Positions 38,505 to 49,533 of a DNA stretch of 60,233 nt are shown in pieces. The translations under genes were made by a program, and so were the position numbers. The DNA comes from Bacillota bacterium. GTDB taxonomy: Bacteria > Bacillota > Desulfotomaculia > Desulfotomaculales > JBFMEU01. Every line of letters begins with the position of its first letter. Position 1 is the stretch's first letter. Under the pieces are notes generated by a model. The model did not search any database. It was not told where the DNA came from and saw only the letters and a list, made by a program, of their open reading frames with translations. The stretch lies in NCBI GenBank assembly GCA_040753155.1, contig JBFMEU010000006.1, positions 1 to 60,233 on the forward strand, in the 5' to 3' direction.

Positions 38505-38978
38505 ATGATGCACGAAGATTCGCGTCAAATTCGCCGTGTGATGAGCGAGCTGTTCTCCTCTTTTTACGGCACGAAAAACGAACTTATACCTCTTCTGCAA
38601 TCCGTTCAGGAGCAGTTCGGATATCTGCCGGAGAGTGCGATGATGGAAGTTGCCAGGTTTATTTCCATACCCGCGAGCAAGGTTTATGGTACAGCTACTT
38701 TTTATGCGCAATTTCACTTCAAGCCCCGGGGCCGCAATATTATCCGGGTTTGCCAGGGTACCGCCTGCCACGTTCGTGGCGGTACCAAGGTATTAGCATT
38801 TATTCAGGAGAGCCTCGGTGTAAGAGTAAATGAAAGCACTCCGGATTTGCGCTTTTCCCTGGAGTCAGTGGCCTGTATCGGCGCCTGTGGTCTTGCGCCG
38901 GTTATTTCAATAAACGAAGATACGCACGGCAAGCTAACCCCTGGTAGGGCCGTTGAAGTTCTAGCTGAATACGAATAG
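38505..38978 (+). CDS. NuoE/HydC-like [2Fe-2S] subunit
   Basis: ATFYAQF, VCQGTACHVRG, VACIGACGLAP. Confidence 0.92.
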   Translation: MMHEDSRQIRRVMSELFSSFYGTKNELIPLLQSVQEQFGYLPESAMMEVARFISIPASKVYGTATFYAQFHFKPRGRNIIRVCQGTACHVRGGTKVLAFIQESLGVRVNESTPDLRFSLESVACIGACGLAPVISINEDTHGKLTPGRAVEVLAEYE

Positions 38979-39001
38979 AGGGGAGGACCGGTTGTTAGAA
39001 C

Positions 39002-40957
39002 ATGAAGAGCTTGATGGATAAATGCTGTGATCAGTGTCAGCACAGCCCGCAAACACCTTGCAAGGATTATGTTAAGTGCCGCAAAGAAGGCCCCATTTGT
39101 CATGAAAATGGAAACTGCCAACAAAAAAGGCGGGCTTTGCTGTCCATGCATATGCTGCAAAATCCTGGATATAAACAGATACTGCTCTGTAAAGGTACCG
39201 GGTGTACTTCTTCGGGTGCGGTTAAGCTGGTTAACAAATTAACGGAGGAAATTGCCAAATATAACCTGGGAGATAGAATAACGGTAAAAATTACCGGCTG
39301 TCATGGTTTTTGTGAACAAGGTCCCATTGTTATCATTGAGCCGGAAAAGGTATTCTATCGCCATGTACTGGAATCGGATATTGAAGAAATAGTGAATGTT
39401 CACCTGATGCAAGGTGAAGTAGTTGAAAGATTATTATACACAGATCCCACAACCGGCCAGTCGGCCAGAACCTATCCGGAAATTCCCTTTTATGCCCGGC
39501 AGGATCGCATTGTGTTGCATAACTGTGGTCATATCAACCCGGAAAACATTGAGGAGTACATTTTAAAGGACGGTTATCTGGCCCTGGACAGGGCTATCTC
39601 CGCCATGACGCCCCAGGAAGTGATTGACGATGTGAATGTATCCGGCCTGCGCGGGCGGGGTGGGGCAGGTTTCCCCACCGGTGTTAAGTGGCAGGGCGCT
39701 TTTAATTCCAAGAACGACAAGAAATATATTATCTGCAACGCAGACGAGGGTGACCCGGGCGCATTCATGGACCGCAGCATCCTGGAAGGGGATCCCCACG
39801 CGGTACTTGAGGGAATGGCCATTGCTGGTTTCGCCACCGGCGCCGATGAGGGATACATCTATGTAAGGGCTGAATATCCCCTGGCCATTCACCGTTTAAA
39901 GATTGCCATAGCCCAGGCTGAGGAGTACGGTCTGCTGGGTGACAATATTTTGAATTCGGGTTTTAACTACCATATTAAAATAAAGACGGGCGCCGGTGCT
40001 TTTGTTTGCGGTGAGGAGACTGCCTTAATCGCCTCCATCGAGGGCGGGCGCGGTATGCCCCGTAACCGGCCGCCCTTCCCGGTGGTCAAGGGGTTATGGG
40101 GGAAGCCTACCTGTATCAACAACGTGGAGACACTTGCCAACGTACCCCTGATTATCCGCCGGGGCGGGGCCTGGTATGCCGCCATAGGAACGGATAACAG
40201 CAAGGGCACCAAAATCTTCTCGCTGACCGGCAACGTGAATAATACCGGACTGGTGGAAGTACCCATGGGCGCTACCCTGAGGCATATTATCTTTGAGATC
40301 GGGGGGGGCATTCAGGACGGTAAATCCTTCAAGGCCGTTCAGGCCGGCGGACCGTCGGGCGGCTGCATCCCGGAAAAGTTGCTCGACCTGCCGGTGGATT
40401 TTCAATCATTGACTGCGGCCGGGGTGATGATGGGCTCCGGCGGGCTGGTGGTAGTAGACAAGGATACCTGCATGGTGGACCTGGCCCGGTACTTCCTCAG
40501 CTTCACCAAAAACGAGTCGTGCGGACAATGTGGCCCTTGCCGGTTGGGGACCAGGCAGATGCTCGAAATATTAAACAGGATTACCACAGGAAAGGGTAAA
40601 GCATCAGACCTTGACCTGTTGTTAGAACTTGCGGAGGGAGTTAAACTGGGTTCCCTGTGCGGGTTGGGTAAAACGGTAGCTAATCCGGTTCTTACCACCC
40701 TGCGGTATTTTCGCGACGAGTATGAGGCCCATATATACGAAAAAAGATGTCCCGCCCGCATCTGTAAAGAAATGATCACTTACTATATTAAGCCCGGTGA
40801 TTGCGTTGCCTGCTCGCTTTGCCTGAAGGCCTGTCCGGCCGGGGCGATAAAAGGAGCCAAGAAGCAAGTCCATGAAATTGAACAAGATAAATGTGTTAAG
40901 TGTGGAGCATGTATGGATGCCTGCCCGGATCGATTTAAGGCCGTAGAGTGCAAGTAG
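39002..40957 (+). CDS. NuoF/HydB-like NADH-binding FMN subunit (bifurcating HydB/HylB type)
   Basis: N-terminal thioredoxin-like [2Fe-2S], SGLRGRGGAGFPTG, CNADEGDPG, GAFVCGEETAL, ESCGQCGPCR, C-terminal 2x[4Fe-4S]. Confidence 0.92.
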   Translation: MKSLMDKCCDQCQHSPQTPCKDYVKCRKEGPICHENGNCQQKRRALLSMHMLQNPGYKQILLCKGTGCTSSGAVKLVNKLTEEIAKYNLGDRITVKITGCHGFCEQGPIVIIEPEKVFYRHVLESDIEEIVNVHLMQGEVVERLLYTDPTTGQSARTYPEIPFYARQDRIVLHNCGHINPENIEEYILKDGYLALDRAISAMTPQEVIDDVNVSGLRGRGGAGFPTGVKWQGAFNSKNDKKYIICNADEGDPGAFMDRSILEGDPHAVLEGMAIAGFATGADEGYIYVRAEYPLAIHRLKIAIAQAEEYGLLGDNILNSGFNYHIKIKTGAGAFVCGEETALIASIEGGRGMPRNRPPFPVVKGLWGKPTCINNVETLANVPLIIRRGGAWYAAIGTDNSKGTKIFSLTGNVNNTGLVEVPMGATLRHIIFEIGGGIQDGKSFKAVQAGGPSGGCIPEKLLDLPVDFQSLTAAGVMMGSGGLVVVDKDTCMVDLARYFLSFTKNESCGQCGPCRLGTRQMLEILNRITTGKGKASDLDLLLELAEGVKLGSLCGLGKTVANPVLTTLRYFRDEYEAHIYEKRCPARICKEMITYYIKPGDCVACSLCLKACPAGAIKGAKKQVHEIEQDKCVKCGACMDACPDRFKAVECK

Positions 40958-40985
40958 TTTATATAGTTTAAGGAGGACTTGCTCG

Positions 40986-43808
40986 ATGCGTGAGGTCAAT
41001 CTCTTGATCGACGACATGAAAATTGTTGTTCCGGAAGGGACGACTATTTTAGAGGCGGCTTTGCAAAACGGCCTTTATATCCCCCACCTTTGCCACCATC
41101 CCGACTTAAAGCCGGTGGGTATTTGTCGTCTTTGCCTGGTGGAGGTAGACGACCGGTTGATGGTTTCCTGCCATGTCACCGTGGCCGAGGGGATAACGGT
41201 TAAAACCAACACCGCGCAGGTGGCCAAAGCGCGCCGGGTTGCCGCGGAACTGCTGATCGCCGACCACGATGCGGATTGTTTAACCTGTGGTAAGAATAAC
41301 AACTGTAAACTGCAGGAGATAGCTGCTTTTGTGGGAGTCGACAGAGAGCGCGTTAAGGAGTTGAAAGCCCCGGGGCGAAGGACTTTTGATCACTCCCATC
41401 CCTTTATCGTCAGGGACTATAACAAATGTGTGCTTTGCGGTATATGTGTACGGACATGTGACGAGATCCAGGGTGTGGGCGCCATCGATTACGCCTATAG
41501 AGGCTACGAAACTATAGTCAGCACTTTTGCCGATAGGCCCATCAAAGAGTCTTCGTGCGAGTCCTGCGGAGAATGCCTGGAACGATGTCCGGTAGGGGCC
41601 TTGCTCCCCAAGAACGGGGCTTTGCCAGCTTATGAGGTCAGGACCATTTGTGGGTATTGTGGTTGTGGCTGCGGGCTATATCTTGGTGTTCGTGGCGATA
41701 AAATCGTCAGGGTCAGGGGAGACTCAGCGAGCCCGGTCAATCAGGGCAGTCTTTGTGTCAAAGGGCGTTTTGGCTATCAGTTTATCAATCATCCTGACCG
41801 CCTGACTGCGCCATTGATTAAACGCCAGGGCCACTTTGAGGAAGCATCCTGGGATGAAGCCCTTGATTTGGTGGCCGGCAAGTTTCGAGAGGTGCAGAAA
41901 AAATACGGTCTGGAAGCTCTGGGTGGTTTAAGCTCGGCACGGGCCACCAATGAATCAAATTACCTATTTCAAAAGCTGCTGCGCTCCCTGGGGACTAATA
42001 GCGTTGACCATTGCGCCCGCTTGTGACACGCCCCGACGGTGGTCGGTCTGGCCACTCCCATAGGCAGCGGGGCAATGACTAATCCCATTACCGATATTGA
42101 AAATTGTGGCGCTATATTGCTGATCGGGTCAAACCCAACTGAAAACCATCCCATTGTTGGTTACCAGATCCGGCGGGCAGTAAAAAAAGGGGCCAAGCTA
42201 ATCATTGTTGATCCGCGTCAAATACCCCTTGCCGAAATAGCCCACGTTCATTTGCAGATTAAACCCGGAACAGATGTTGCTTTACTTAACGGGTTGCTGT
42301 ATGTCATTTTGCGGGAGGGGCTCGAGGATAAAGACTTTATTGCCAGACGGACCAACGGCTTTGAAAATATCAAAGAATTCATTTTGTCAAGATATCCTTT
42401 GGCTTACGTTGCTAAAGTGACCGGGGTGAAGGAAAAGGATATTGTCCGTGCGGCCCGTTTTTATGCCACTGCCTCCAGCGCGCCAATTCTTTATTGTATG
42501 GGCATAACGCAGCATACTTGCGGCACGGAAAACGTCCTTGCTTTAACCAATCTGGCCCTGGCCACCGGCAATGTGGGCAAATCCCACGCCGGTATTAACC
42601 CCCTGCGTGGTCAAAACAATGTCCAGGGAGCTTGTGATATGGGATGTTTGCCCCATGTTCTGACCGGTTATCAGCCGCTGCACAGTGATGGAACCACTTA
42701 CTGGCAGCGTCTCCGGGGCAATGAAGCAAAGGGAGAGGCGGAACCTGTTACCGCTCTGGAGTTTGATTTTTATGGCAAAACCCCAACGGCAGTGCCGGGC
42801 AATAAAGTCAGCGATGTAATCCGGGCCAAGTTTTCCAAGGCCTGGGGAGTTGAGTTATCTGATGTTCCGGGACGGACTATTAGCGATATGTTTCACCCTA
42901 ACCCCAGCAGGCAATGCCGCGCCATGTATATTATGGGGGGCAACCCAATGATGACTTCTCCCAACGGCAAGCATGTGCGCAAAGTGCTGAATTCTTTGGA
43001 TTTTTTGGTGGTGCAGGATATTTTTCTCAATGAAACGGCCCAATTGGCTGATGTCGTCTTGCCGGCAACCTCTTTCGCCGAGCAGGAAGGAACTTTTATT
43101 AATACAGAGCGACGGGTCCAGCGAGTCCGCCGCGCCATTAAACCGGTGGGCCAAAGCAAGCCTGATTGGGAGGCCATCCAGGGCTTAGCTCAAAAATTAG
43201 ATCTCCCCTGGGCATATCAGAATCCAGAAGAAATATGGGATGAAGTGCGACAGCTTACCCCGCATTATTTTGGCGGCATGAGGTACGACCGTCTGGAGGA
43301 GAAAGGCCTGCAATGGCCCTGCCCTAACGAGGAGCATCCTGGTACTGCCATTATGCACCAGAGATCCTGGCGTGGCGAAGAGGATAGATTTGCCAGCGGC
43401 ATCGGCCAGTTTTCAACTGTGGATTACCGCCCCTTTGCCGCAGAGCAACCTGACGAAGAGTTTCCTTTTACCCTGCTCACTGTACGTAAGCTCTATCAAT
43501 ATCATTCCAGAAGTATGACGGGTAGAGTCGATGGTTTAAACGAGATTGTTGGAAAAGAGCGGATGCATGTTAATCCCGAGGATGCAGAAAAATTGGCTTT
43601 GAGTAATGACGACACCGTTCAGATCACCTCGCCGCGAGGTACCGTCACAGCGGGTGTGGAGATAACTGAGGAGGTGCCTGTAGGCGTAGTTAGTATGAGC
43701 TTTCATTTTGCAGAGTCGGCGGCCAATGTGCTTACTAACCCTGCCGTATGCAGTATGTCTGTAGCCTCAGAGGTTAAGATTTGTCCGGTTCGTATTGAAA
43801 AAATTTAA
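40986..43808 (+). CDS. fdhF: Second selenocysteine formate dehydrogenase alpha subunit, 940 aa
   Basis: TGA 42024-42026 in DHCARL-U-HAPT, in frame with ORF 42039; SECIS-like ggtggtcggtctggccact. Confidence 0.92.
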
Positions 43809-43816
43809 GAAAGCAG

Positions 43817-44410
43817 GTGATTAGCTTGAAAAAAATACAAGCAGAAGATTACCGTTGGATGGTCGGGCCAGAACCTATGGCCCAGGTGTCACATCCTGAA
43901 AAGGAGATGGCCCTGGTAGAAGGGAAGATGATTCCGTTTGAGGAAGCTTTGATAAAGATTGCCGAAAAGGTCATCCAGGCAAAAAAACCGGTGGTGGTTG
44001 CGCCGGCGCGTATTATGCTTTGGGCCATGGATGAAGGAGCGCCGGAAAAAGCTAAAGCCTTAAGAGAGTTAGCGGATGCTATGAGAGCAGAAATCCGCCC
44101 CATCTTTGATGTGCGGCCCCGGTATCCCATGGCCAGAACAGCGGTAGAAATTAATCCTTATCACGGAGATTTAGTTATCGCCCATGAGAAATATGATGTC
44201 GCTGTTTTCTATGCTGTTGATTGCCCTTATGCGGATGTATCCCTGAAAATTATTGCTGCGGGCACAAAGTGCTACACGGTAGCTCTTTGTGGCAAGCTTG
44301 GCCATGTTGATGCCTCCATTACTTTACGTGATACGGGGATAGAAAGGATCAAAAAACTGGCGGAAACTATCTGTACTATCCGCCTGATGGAGCAAGAGAA
44401 AGCCTCTTAG
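43817..44410 (+). CDS. CO dehydrogenase beta/ACDS epsilon family protein, resembling ForD/PorD of five-subunit 2-oxoacid:ferredoxin oxidoreductases
   Basis: RPRYP..EINPYHGDL..H.K.D, LKII.AGT.CYT.ALC...GH.DA..LRD pattern recognised by eye. Confidence 0.65.
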   Translation: MISLKKIQAEDYRWMVGPEPMAQVSHPEKEMALVEGKMIPFEEALIKIAEKVIQAKKPVVVAPARIMLWAMDEGAPEKAKALRELADAMRAEIRPIFDVRPRYPMARTAVEINPYHGDLVIAHEKYDVAVFYAVDCPYADVSLKIIAAGTKCYTVALCGKLGHVDASITLRDTGIERIKKLAETICTIRLMEQEKAS

Positions 44411-44418
44411 CATAATTA

Positions 44419-44612
<194 letters not shown>

Positions 44613-44827
44613 TACAATTTAAACCCGTGCTGTTGCCGGATTCCTGCCGGCATTTTTTTTTAATCAGTGAATCAACGCTTTTACGATAGTGCGCTGAGTA
44701 GATGTCAACAACCGCAGGGAACTTGTTTTACCACCGGCTTTAAATTTTAGTTGCAGGGTTTTGGCGATTTACGGCGAATAACAAACCATTGTTTAAATCA
44801 CTTTTAAATAAGGGAGAGAGTAGATAA

Positions 44828-45118
44828 ATGACTGATGCCAAAAAAAAGAAAGACGCAGTGGTAAAACTGGGCGATCAAGAGTTTACTGTTCCGGCGGGGG
44901 CCAAGGTTAAGGACATAGCCGCCTCCCTGGGCATTGAGATCCCCGCGCTGACCATTAACCCGGACAGCTGCAAAGGCTGCCAGCTGTGTGTCAAGGTTTG
45001 TGAAACCGGCGCCATCACCGGCGAAAAAAAGGAAGTTCACACCCTGGACCAGTCCCTCTGTATCAAGTGCGGCGAGTGTCTGGCCAAGTGTAAGCTGGGC
45101 TCCCTCGTTCCCGCTTAA
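44828..45118 (+). CDS. 2x[4Fe-4S] ferredoxin-like protein with N-terminal extension
   Basis: CKGCQLCVKVC and CIKCGECLAKC; GGAGAG RBS. Confidence 0.85.
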   Translation: MTDAKKKKDAVVKLGDQEFTVPAGAKVKDIAASLGIEIPALTINPDSCKGCQLCVKVCETGAITGEKKEVHTLDQSLCIKCGECLAKCKLGSLVPA

Positions 45119-45142
45119 ATAAAAAACAAAGAAATAAACTTT

Positions 45143-45268
45143 ACTCCGATTTAGCAGCCTAAGGCCGGAAAACACTAATACCGGCTAGGGCTGCTAAACG
45201 ATGTTGCACCAGGCGGCAAAAGGGTATGGTCGGGAAAGCGGCATGCCTCCTATATATTGGAAAGGAGT
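45143..45268 (+). ncRNA. Moco/Tuco RNA motif (putative molybdenum/tungsten cofactor riboswitch)
   Basis: ACTCCG...CCTAAG...AGGGT..GGAAA..GCCTCC...TTGGAAAGGAGT pattern, upstream of moeA genes. Confidence 0.78.
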
Positions 45269-45309
45269 CGGAGCGAATACCGCCGGCTGCCGGCGGCAGG
45301 TATGCTTTC

Positions 45310-45347
45310 GGGCGTCTTTCCATTGCGGAGGACGCCTTTTGATTTTT
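45310..45347 (+). terminator. Putative riboswitch-controlled terminator
   Basis: gggcgtctttc...ggaggacgcct followed by ttt gatttt. Confidence 0.55.
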
Positions 45348-45392
45348 ACCCGCTGGATAGGCATCTGTTGTTATGGCTTTTAACGATTATTC

Positions 45393-45640
<248 letters not shown>

Positions 45641-45677
45641 GATTATTCTATGATCATATTAAGTAGGGGGTATAGAT

Positions 45678-45857
45678 GTGGCGGAGATTAAGGCGGAAGT
45701 ATTGGCGGCGGTTAAAAAGGCGGCCCGGGACGGCAGGCTTACCTGCACCGGGGCACGCAGCCTGGCGGAAGAGCTGAAGGTGGAGCCCCGGGAAATCGGA
45801 GACGCCTGCAACGCCCTGAAGATAAAAATAAAGGCCTGCGAGTTGGGCTGTTTCTAG
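45678..45857 (+). CDS. Small Cys-containing protein (59 aa, ending CELGCF), first gene of the moeA operon; not in ORF track
   Basis: AGGGGG RBS, GTG start; MAEIKAEVLAAVKKAARDGRLTC...KIKIKACELGCF*. Confidence 0.8.
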   Translation: MAEIKAEVLAAVKKAARDGRLTCTGARSLAEELKVEPREIGDACNALKIKIKACELGCF

Positions 45858-45877
45858 GATTGGCAGGAGGGATTCGG

Positions 45878-47107
45878 ATGGGTGAGCTTTTTCAGGCCCG
45901 CACCGTGGCCGAGGCCCGGGAGCTGCTGGCCCGGCACCTGGGGGCCGGTCAGCCCGCCGGGGAAGTGGACTTGCTGGCGGGGCTGGGGCGGCGGCTGGTC
46001 CGGGACGTAATCGCCGGTGAGGATGTGCCGGGGTTTGACCGGTCCACCATGGACGGGTTTGCGGCGCGGGCCCGGGACACCTTTGGCGCTTCGGAAGGCC
46101 TGCCGGCCTACCTGGACGTGACCGGGGAGATTTTCATGGGCCGGGACGCCGGGGGCGGGCCCGCCGCCCACGAGGTTTGGCGCATTCCCACCGGGGGCGT
46201 GCTGCCGCCGGGAACCGACGCCGTGGTGATGGTGGAATACACTGAGGAACTGGACCGCCGGACCATCGGGATAACCCGCCCGGTGGCGCCGGGGGATAAC
46301 ATCGTCCGCCGGGGTGAGGATGTGGCCGCCGGGGATGTGGCGCTGGAGGCCGGGCACATCCTCAGGGCCCAGGATCTGGGGCTCCTGGCGGCGGTGGGGG
46401 TTACCCGGGTGGCGGTGGCGGAGCGGCCAAAGGTTGCCATTATCTCCACCGGCGACGAGGTGGTGCCGCCGGCGCAGAAACCCGGACCGGGACAAGTGCG
46501 GGATATCAATTCCTATGCCCTGTACGGTCAGGTGCTGGCCGCCGGGGGTGAGCCGCGGCTGTATGGCATCGCCCGGGATGAGTTTGCGGCGCTGCAGGAA
46601 CAGGTGCAGCGGGCGCTGCAGGAGTGCGGCCTGGTACTCATCTCCGGCGGCAGTTCCGTGGGCGCCAGGGATGTGGCCGTCCGGGTGATGGACTCCTTGG
46701 GCCGCCCCGGGGTGCTGTTCCACGGCATATCCATCAAGCCGGGCAAGCCCACCATCGGGGCGGTGGTGAACGGACAGCCGGTCTTCGGCCTGCCCGGGCA
46801 CCCGGTGTCCGCCATGGTGGTGTTTGACCTGCTGGTGGCGCCCCTGGTGCGGGACGGCGGGTACCGGAACGACCACCTGGAGTTTCCGGTGCGGGCCGCC
46901 ATTACCCGGACATTGCGCTCCGCCGCCGGCCGGGAGGACTATATCCGGGTGCGCCTGCTGCCGGGGGATACCGGCCTGCTGGCCGACCCGGTGCTGGGCA
47001 AGTCGGGGCTGATTGGCACCATGACCAGGGCCCGCGGGCTGGCCTATATACCGGCGGAAAAGGAAGGCGTGGAGGCCGGCGAGCAGGTGGCCGTGAAGCT
47101 TTTTTAG
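45878..47107 (+). CDS. moeA: Molybdopterin molybdotransferase
   Basis: RSTMDGFA, IPTGG, STGDE, SGGSSVG, IKPGKP, GLPGHP; AGGAGG RBS before ATG 45878. Confidence 0.95.
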   Translation: MGELFQARTVAEARELLARHLGAGQPAGEVDLLAGLGRRLVRDVIAGEDVPGFDRSTMDGFAARARDTFGASEGLPAYLDVTGEIFMGRDAGGGPAAHEVWRIPTGGVLPPGTDAVVMVEYTEELDRRTIGITRPVAPGDNIVRRGEDVAAGDVALEAGHILRAQDLGLLAAVGVTRVAVAERPKVAIISTGDEVVPPAQKPGPGQVRDINSYALYGQVLAAGGEPRLYGIARDEFAALQEQVQRALQECGLVLISGGSSVGARDVAVRVMDSLGRPGVLFHGISIKPGKPTIGAVVNGQPVFGLPGHPVSAMVVFDLLVAPLVRDGGYRNDHLEFPVRAAITRTLRSAAGREDYIRVRLLPGDTGLLADPVLGKSGLIGTMTRARGLAYIPAEKEGVEAGEQVAVKLF

Positions 47108-47109
47108 GG

Positions 47110-47226
47110 GTAAGTATTCAGCAAACCAGGTGGAGGCACGGCCTTATCGTTAGCGAACGACTTGCGGAGCACTGGAGTGAGCGGTGATAACGCCGTGCCT
47201 TAACACCGGTTTCATTGAAGATATAC
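47110..47226. mobile_element. Family C MITE (long imperfect hairpin) with 8-bp target-site duplication
   Basis: Starts GTAAGTATTCAG; TTTTAGGG at 47102-47109 and 47227-47234. Confidence 0.82.
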
Positions 47227-47244
47227 TTTTAGGGAGTGACGACC

Positions 47245-49182
47245 ATGAAAAAGAGGGATGTATACCTGTCGGACAAGCCCCTGGAGGAGGCTTTGGCCGG
47301 GTACCTGGCCCACTTGGCCGGGGTGGGGGCGCTGCAGCCGGGGCCGCCGGAAGTGGTGGCGGCGGAGGCTGCCCTGGGCCGGGTGACGGCGGCCCCCGTC
47401 TTTGCCCGGATTTCGTCACCCCACTACCACGCCTCCGCCATGGACGGGATTGCCGTCCGCTCCGGGGACACCTTCGGCGCCTCGGACGCCGCGCCAAAGG
47501 AACTCAGGCTGGGGGAACAGGTTGTTATAGTGGATACCGGGGACCCTTTACCCGCCGGGTGTGACGCGGTGATTATGATTGAGGACGTGCATTTTACCGG
47601 GGAAGAAACCTTTGAAATAACCTCGGCGGCGGCGCCCTGGCAGCATGTCCGGATGATCGGTGAAGATGTAGTGGCCACGGAAATGATCCTGCCGGCCAAC
47701 CACCGCCTGCGGCCGGTGGATTTGGGCGGTATCCTGGCCGGGGGCGTGACGGAAATTCAGGCCCACCCCCGCCCCCGGGTGGCGCTGCTGCCCACCGGCA
47801 CAGAGCTGGTGCAGCCCGGTGAAGAACTGGGGCCGGGTTCAATCATCGAGTACAACACCAGGATGCTGGGGACAATGGTGGAGCAGTGGGGCGGCCAGGC
47901 CTTGCGGCAGGACATCATCGCCGACGACTACGACGCCCTGCGGGAGCGATTGCGGGAGGCGGTGCGGGAGGCGGACCTGGTCTTGATCAACGCCGGCTCC
48001 TCGGCGGGGCGGGAGGACTTCACCGCCGCCCTGATCCGGGAACTGGGCACGGTGCTCACCCACGGGGTGGCCATCAAGCCGGGCAAGCCGGTGGTACTGG
48101 GAGAAATTAGCGGCAAGCCGGTGCTGGGCATTCCCGGCTATCCGGTGTCGGCGGTGCTGGCGGCGGATCTGTTTGTCAAGCCCGTGATCTGCGCCCGGCT
48201 GGGGCAGGCGCCACCCGTCCCGGAACAGGCGGACGCCGTGGTGTCGCGGAAAATCGTCTCCCACCTGGGCTCCGAGGAATTTGTACGGGTGAAGCTGGGC
48301 CGGGTGGGGGAGAAGATCATTGCCACCCCCATTTCCCGGGGGGCCGGGGTAATCATGTCCATGGTCCGGGCCGACGGCATCCTGCGGGTGCCCCGGCTGT
48401 CCGAGGGCTTTAACGCCGGGGCTGCCGTCAGGGTGGAGCTGATGCGGCCCCTGGAGGAAGTCCTGGAAACAACGGTGGTCATCGGCAGCCATGACATTGC
48501 TCTGGATGTGCTGGCCAATCACCTGCGGCAAATGTTCCCCCTGGCCAGCCTGTCCTCGGCCCACGTGGGCAGCCTGGGCGGGCTCACCGCCCTGCGCCGG
48601 GGCGAGGCCCACTGTGCCGGGACCCACCTTTTGGAGGAGGAAACCGGCGGCTACAACGTTTCCTATATCAAGCGCCTGCTCCCGGACCGGGACATGATCC
48701 TGGTGAACCTGGTTTACCGGGAGCAGGGTCTGATCCTGGCCCCGGGCAATCCCAAGAACATCATGGGTATCGAGGACCTGGGCCGGGAGGACGTGTCCTT
48801 CGTCAACCGCCAGCGGGGGGCCGGCACCCGCATCCTGCTGGACTTCCGGCTCCGGCAGCTGGGCCTGGACCCGGACCGGATCAAAGGCTACGGCCGGGAG
48901 GAGTACACGCACATGGCGGTGGCCGCCGCCGTGGCGTCGGGCTCCGCCGATGCCGGCCTGGGTATCCGGGCGGCGGCCGGGGCCCTAGGCCTGGATTTCA
49001 CCGGGGTGGTGGAGGAGCGCTACGACCTGTGCATTCCCGGCGAGTACTATGACACCCCGTTCGTCACCCGCCTGCTGGAAATTATGTCCCTCCGGGCCTT
49101 CCGGGATGATGTGGCCGCCCTGGGCGGCTATGACCTGCGGGACTGCGGCAAGATTATGTGGGACAGCCGGGGCGGCATATAA
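47245..49182 (+). CDS. moeA: MoeA fused to a PBP/LysR-type substrate-binding domain
   Basis: SAMDGIA, GSSAGRED, IKPGKP; C-terminal GSHD, VGSLGG, NRQRGAGTR, H.AVAAAV. Confidence 0.92.
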   Translation: MKKRDVYLSDKPLEEALAGYLAHLAGVGALQPGPPEVVAAEAALGRVTAAPVFARISSPHYHASAMDGIAVRSGDTFGASDAAPKELRLGEQVVIVDTGDPLPAGCDAVIMIEDVHFTGEETFEITSAAAPWQHVRMIGEDVVATEMILPANHRLRPVDLGGILAGGVTEIQAHPRPRVALLPTGTELVQPGEELGPGSIIEYNTRMLGTMVEQWGGQALRQDIIADDYDALRERLREAVREADLVLINAGSSAGREDFTAALIRELGTVLTHGVAIKPGKPVVLGEISGKPVLGIPGYPVSAVLAADLFVKPVICARLGQAPPVPEQADAVVSRKIVSHLGSEEFVRVKLGRVGEKIIATPISRGAGVIMSMVRADGILRVPRLSEGFNAGAAVRVELMRPLEEVLETTVVIGSHDIALDVLANHLRQMFPLASLSSAHVGSLGGLTALRRGEAHCAGTHLLEEETGGYNVSYIKRLLPDRDMILVNLVYREQGLILAPGNPKNIMGIEDLGREDVSFVNRQRGAGTRILLDFRLRQLGLDPDRIKGYGREEYTHMAVAAAVASGSADAGLGIRAAAGALGLDFTGVVEERYDLCIPGEYYDTPFVTRLLEIMSLRAFRDDVAALGGYDLRDCGKIMWDSRGGI

Positions 49183-49189
49183 AGAAGAC

Positions 49190-49389
49190 GTAAGTATTCA
49201 GTAAACCCGGTAGATGCACGGCGTTATCGTTAGCGAGCGACGCAGCATAGCCGGTAACAGCACCCATTCAGGTATTCAGAATTCAGGAGTCAGGAGTCAG
49301 AATGCCCCGAGAATATGGAATGTTTTCGCTGGTTTTCTCATTCTGACTCCTGAATTCTGACTCCTGACTCCTGACTCCTGAGTAGTTAC
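49190..49389 (-). mobile_element. Composite family D+C element, inverted relative to the 44419 copy
   Basis: GTAAGTATTCAG ... CTGAGTAGTTAC; same internal junction (ACATTY|CATATTCTCGG) as the 44419 copy. Confidence 0.85.
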
Positions 49390-49433
49390 TGACGCGGAGC
49401 TTTATCACAAACTTAATTTATAACAGTAAAATC

Positions 49434-49476
49434 TTTACCCGGTCTTAACAGTTGCTTTACAGTATTCCCTGATAAT
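49434..49476 (+). promoter_or_regulatory. PhoP/OmpR-type direct-repeat box plus -10
   Basis: TTTACC (49434), TTAACA (49445), TTTACA (49456) at 11-bp spacing; GATAAT at 49471. Confidence 0.55.
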
Positions 49477-49533
49477 GAACAAAAAGAGGGTCTCTAAAAA
49501 CATGGGGCCCGGGACATCATGGGAGTTGATAGC

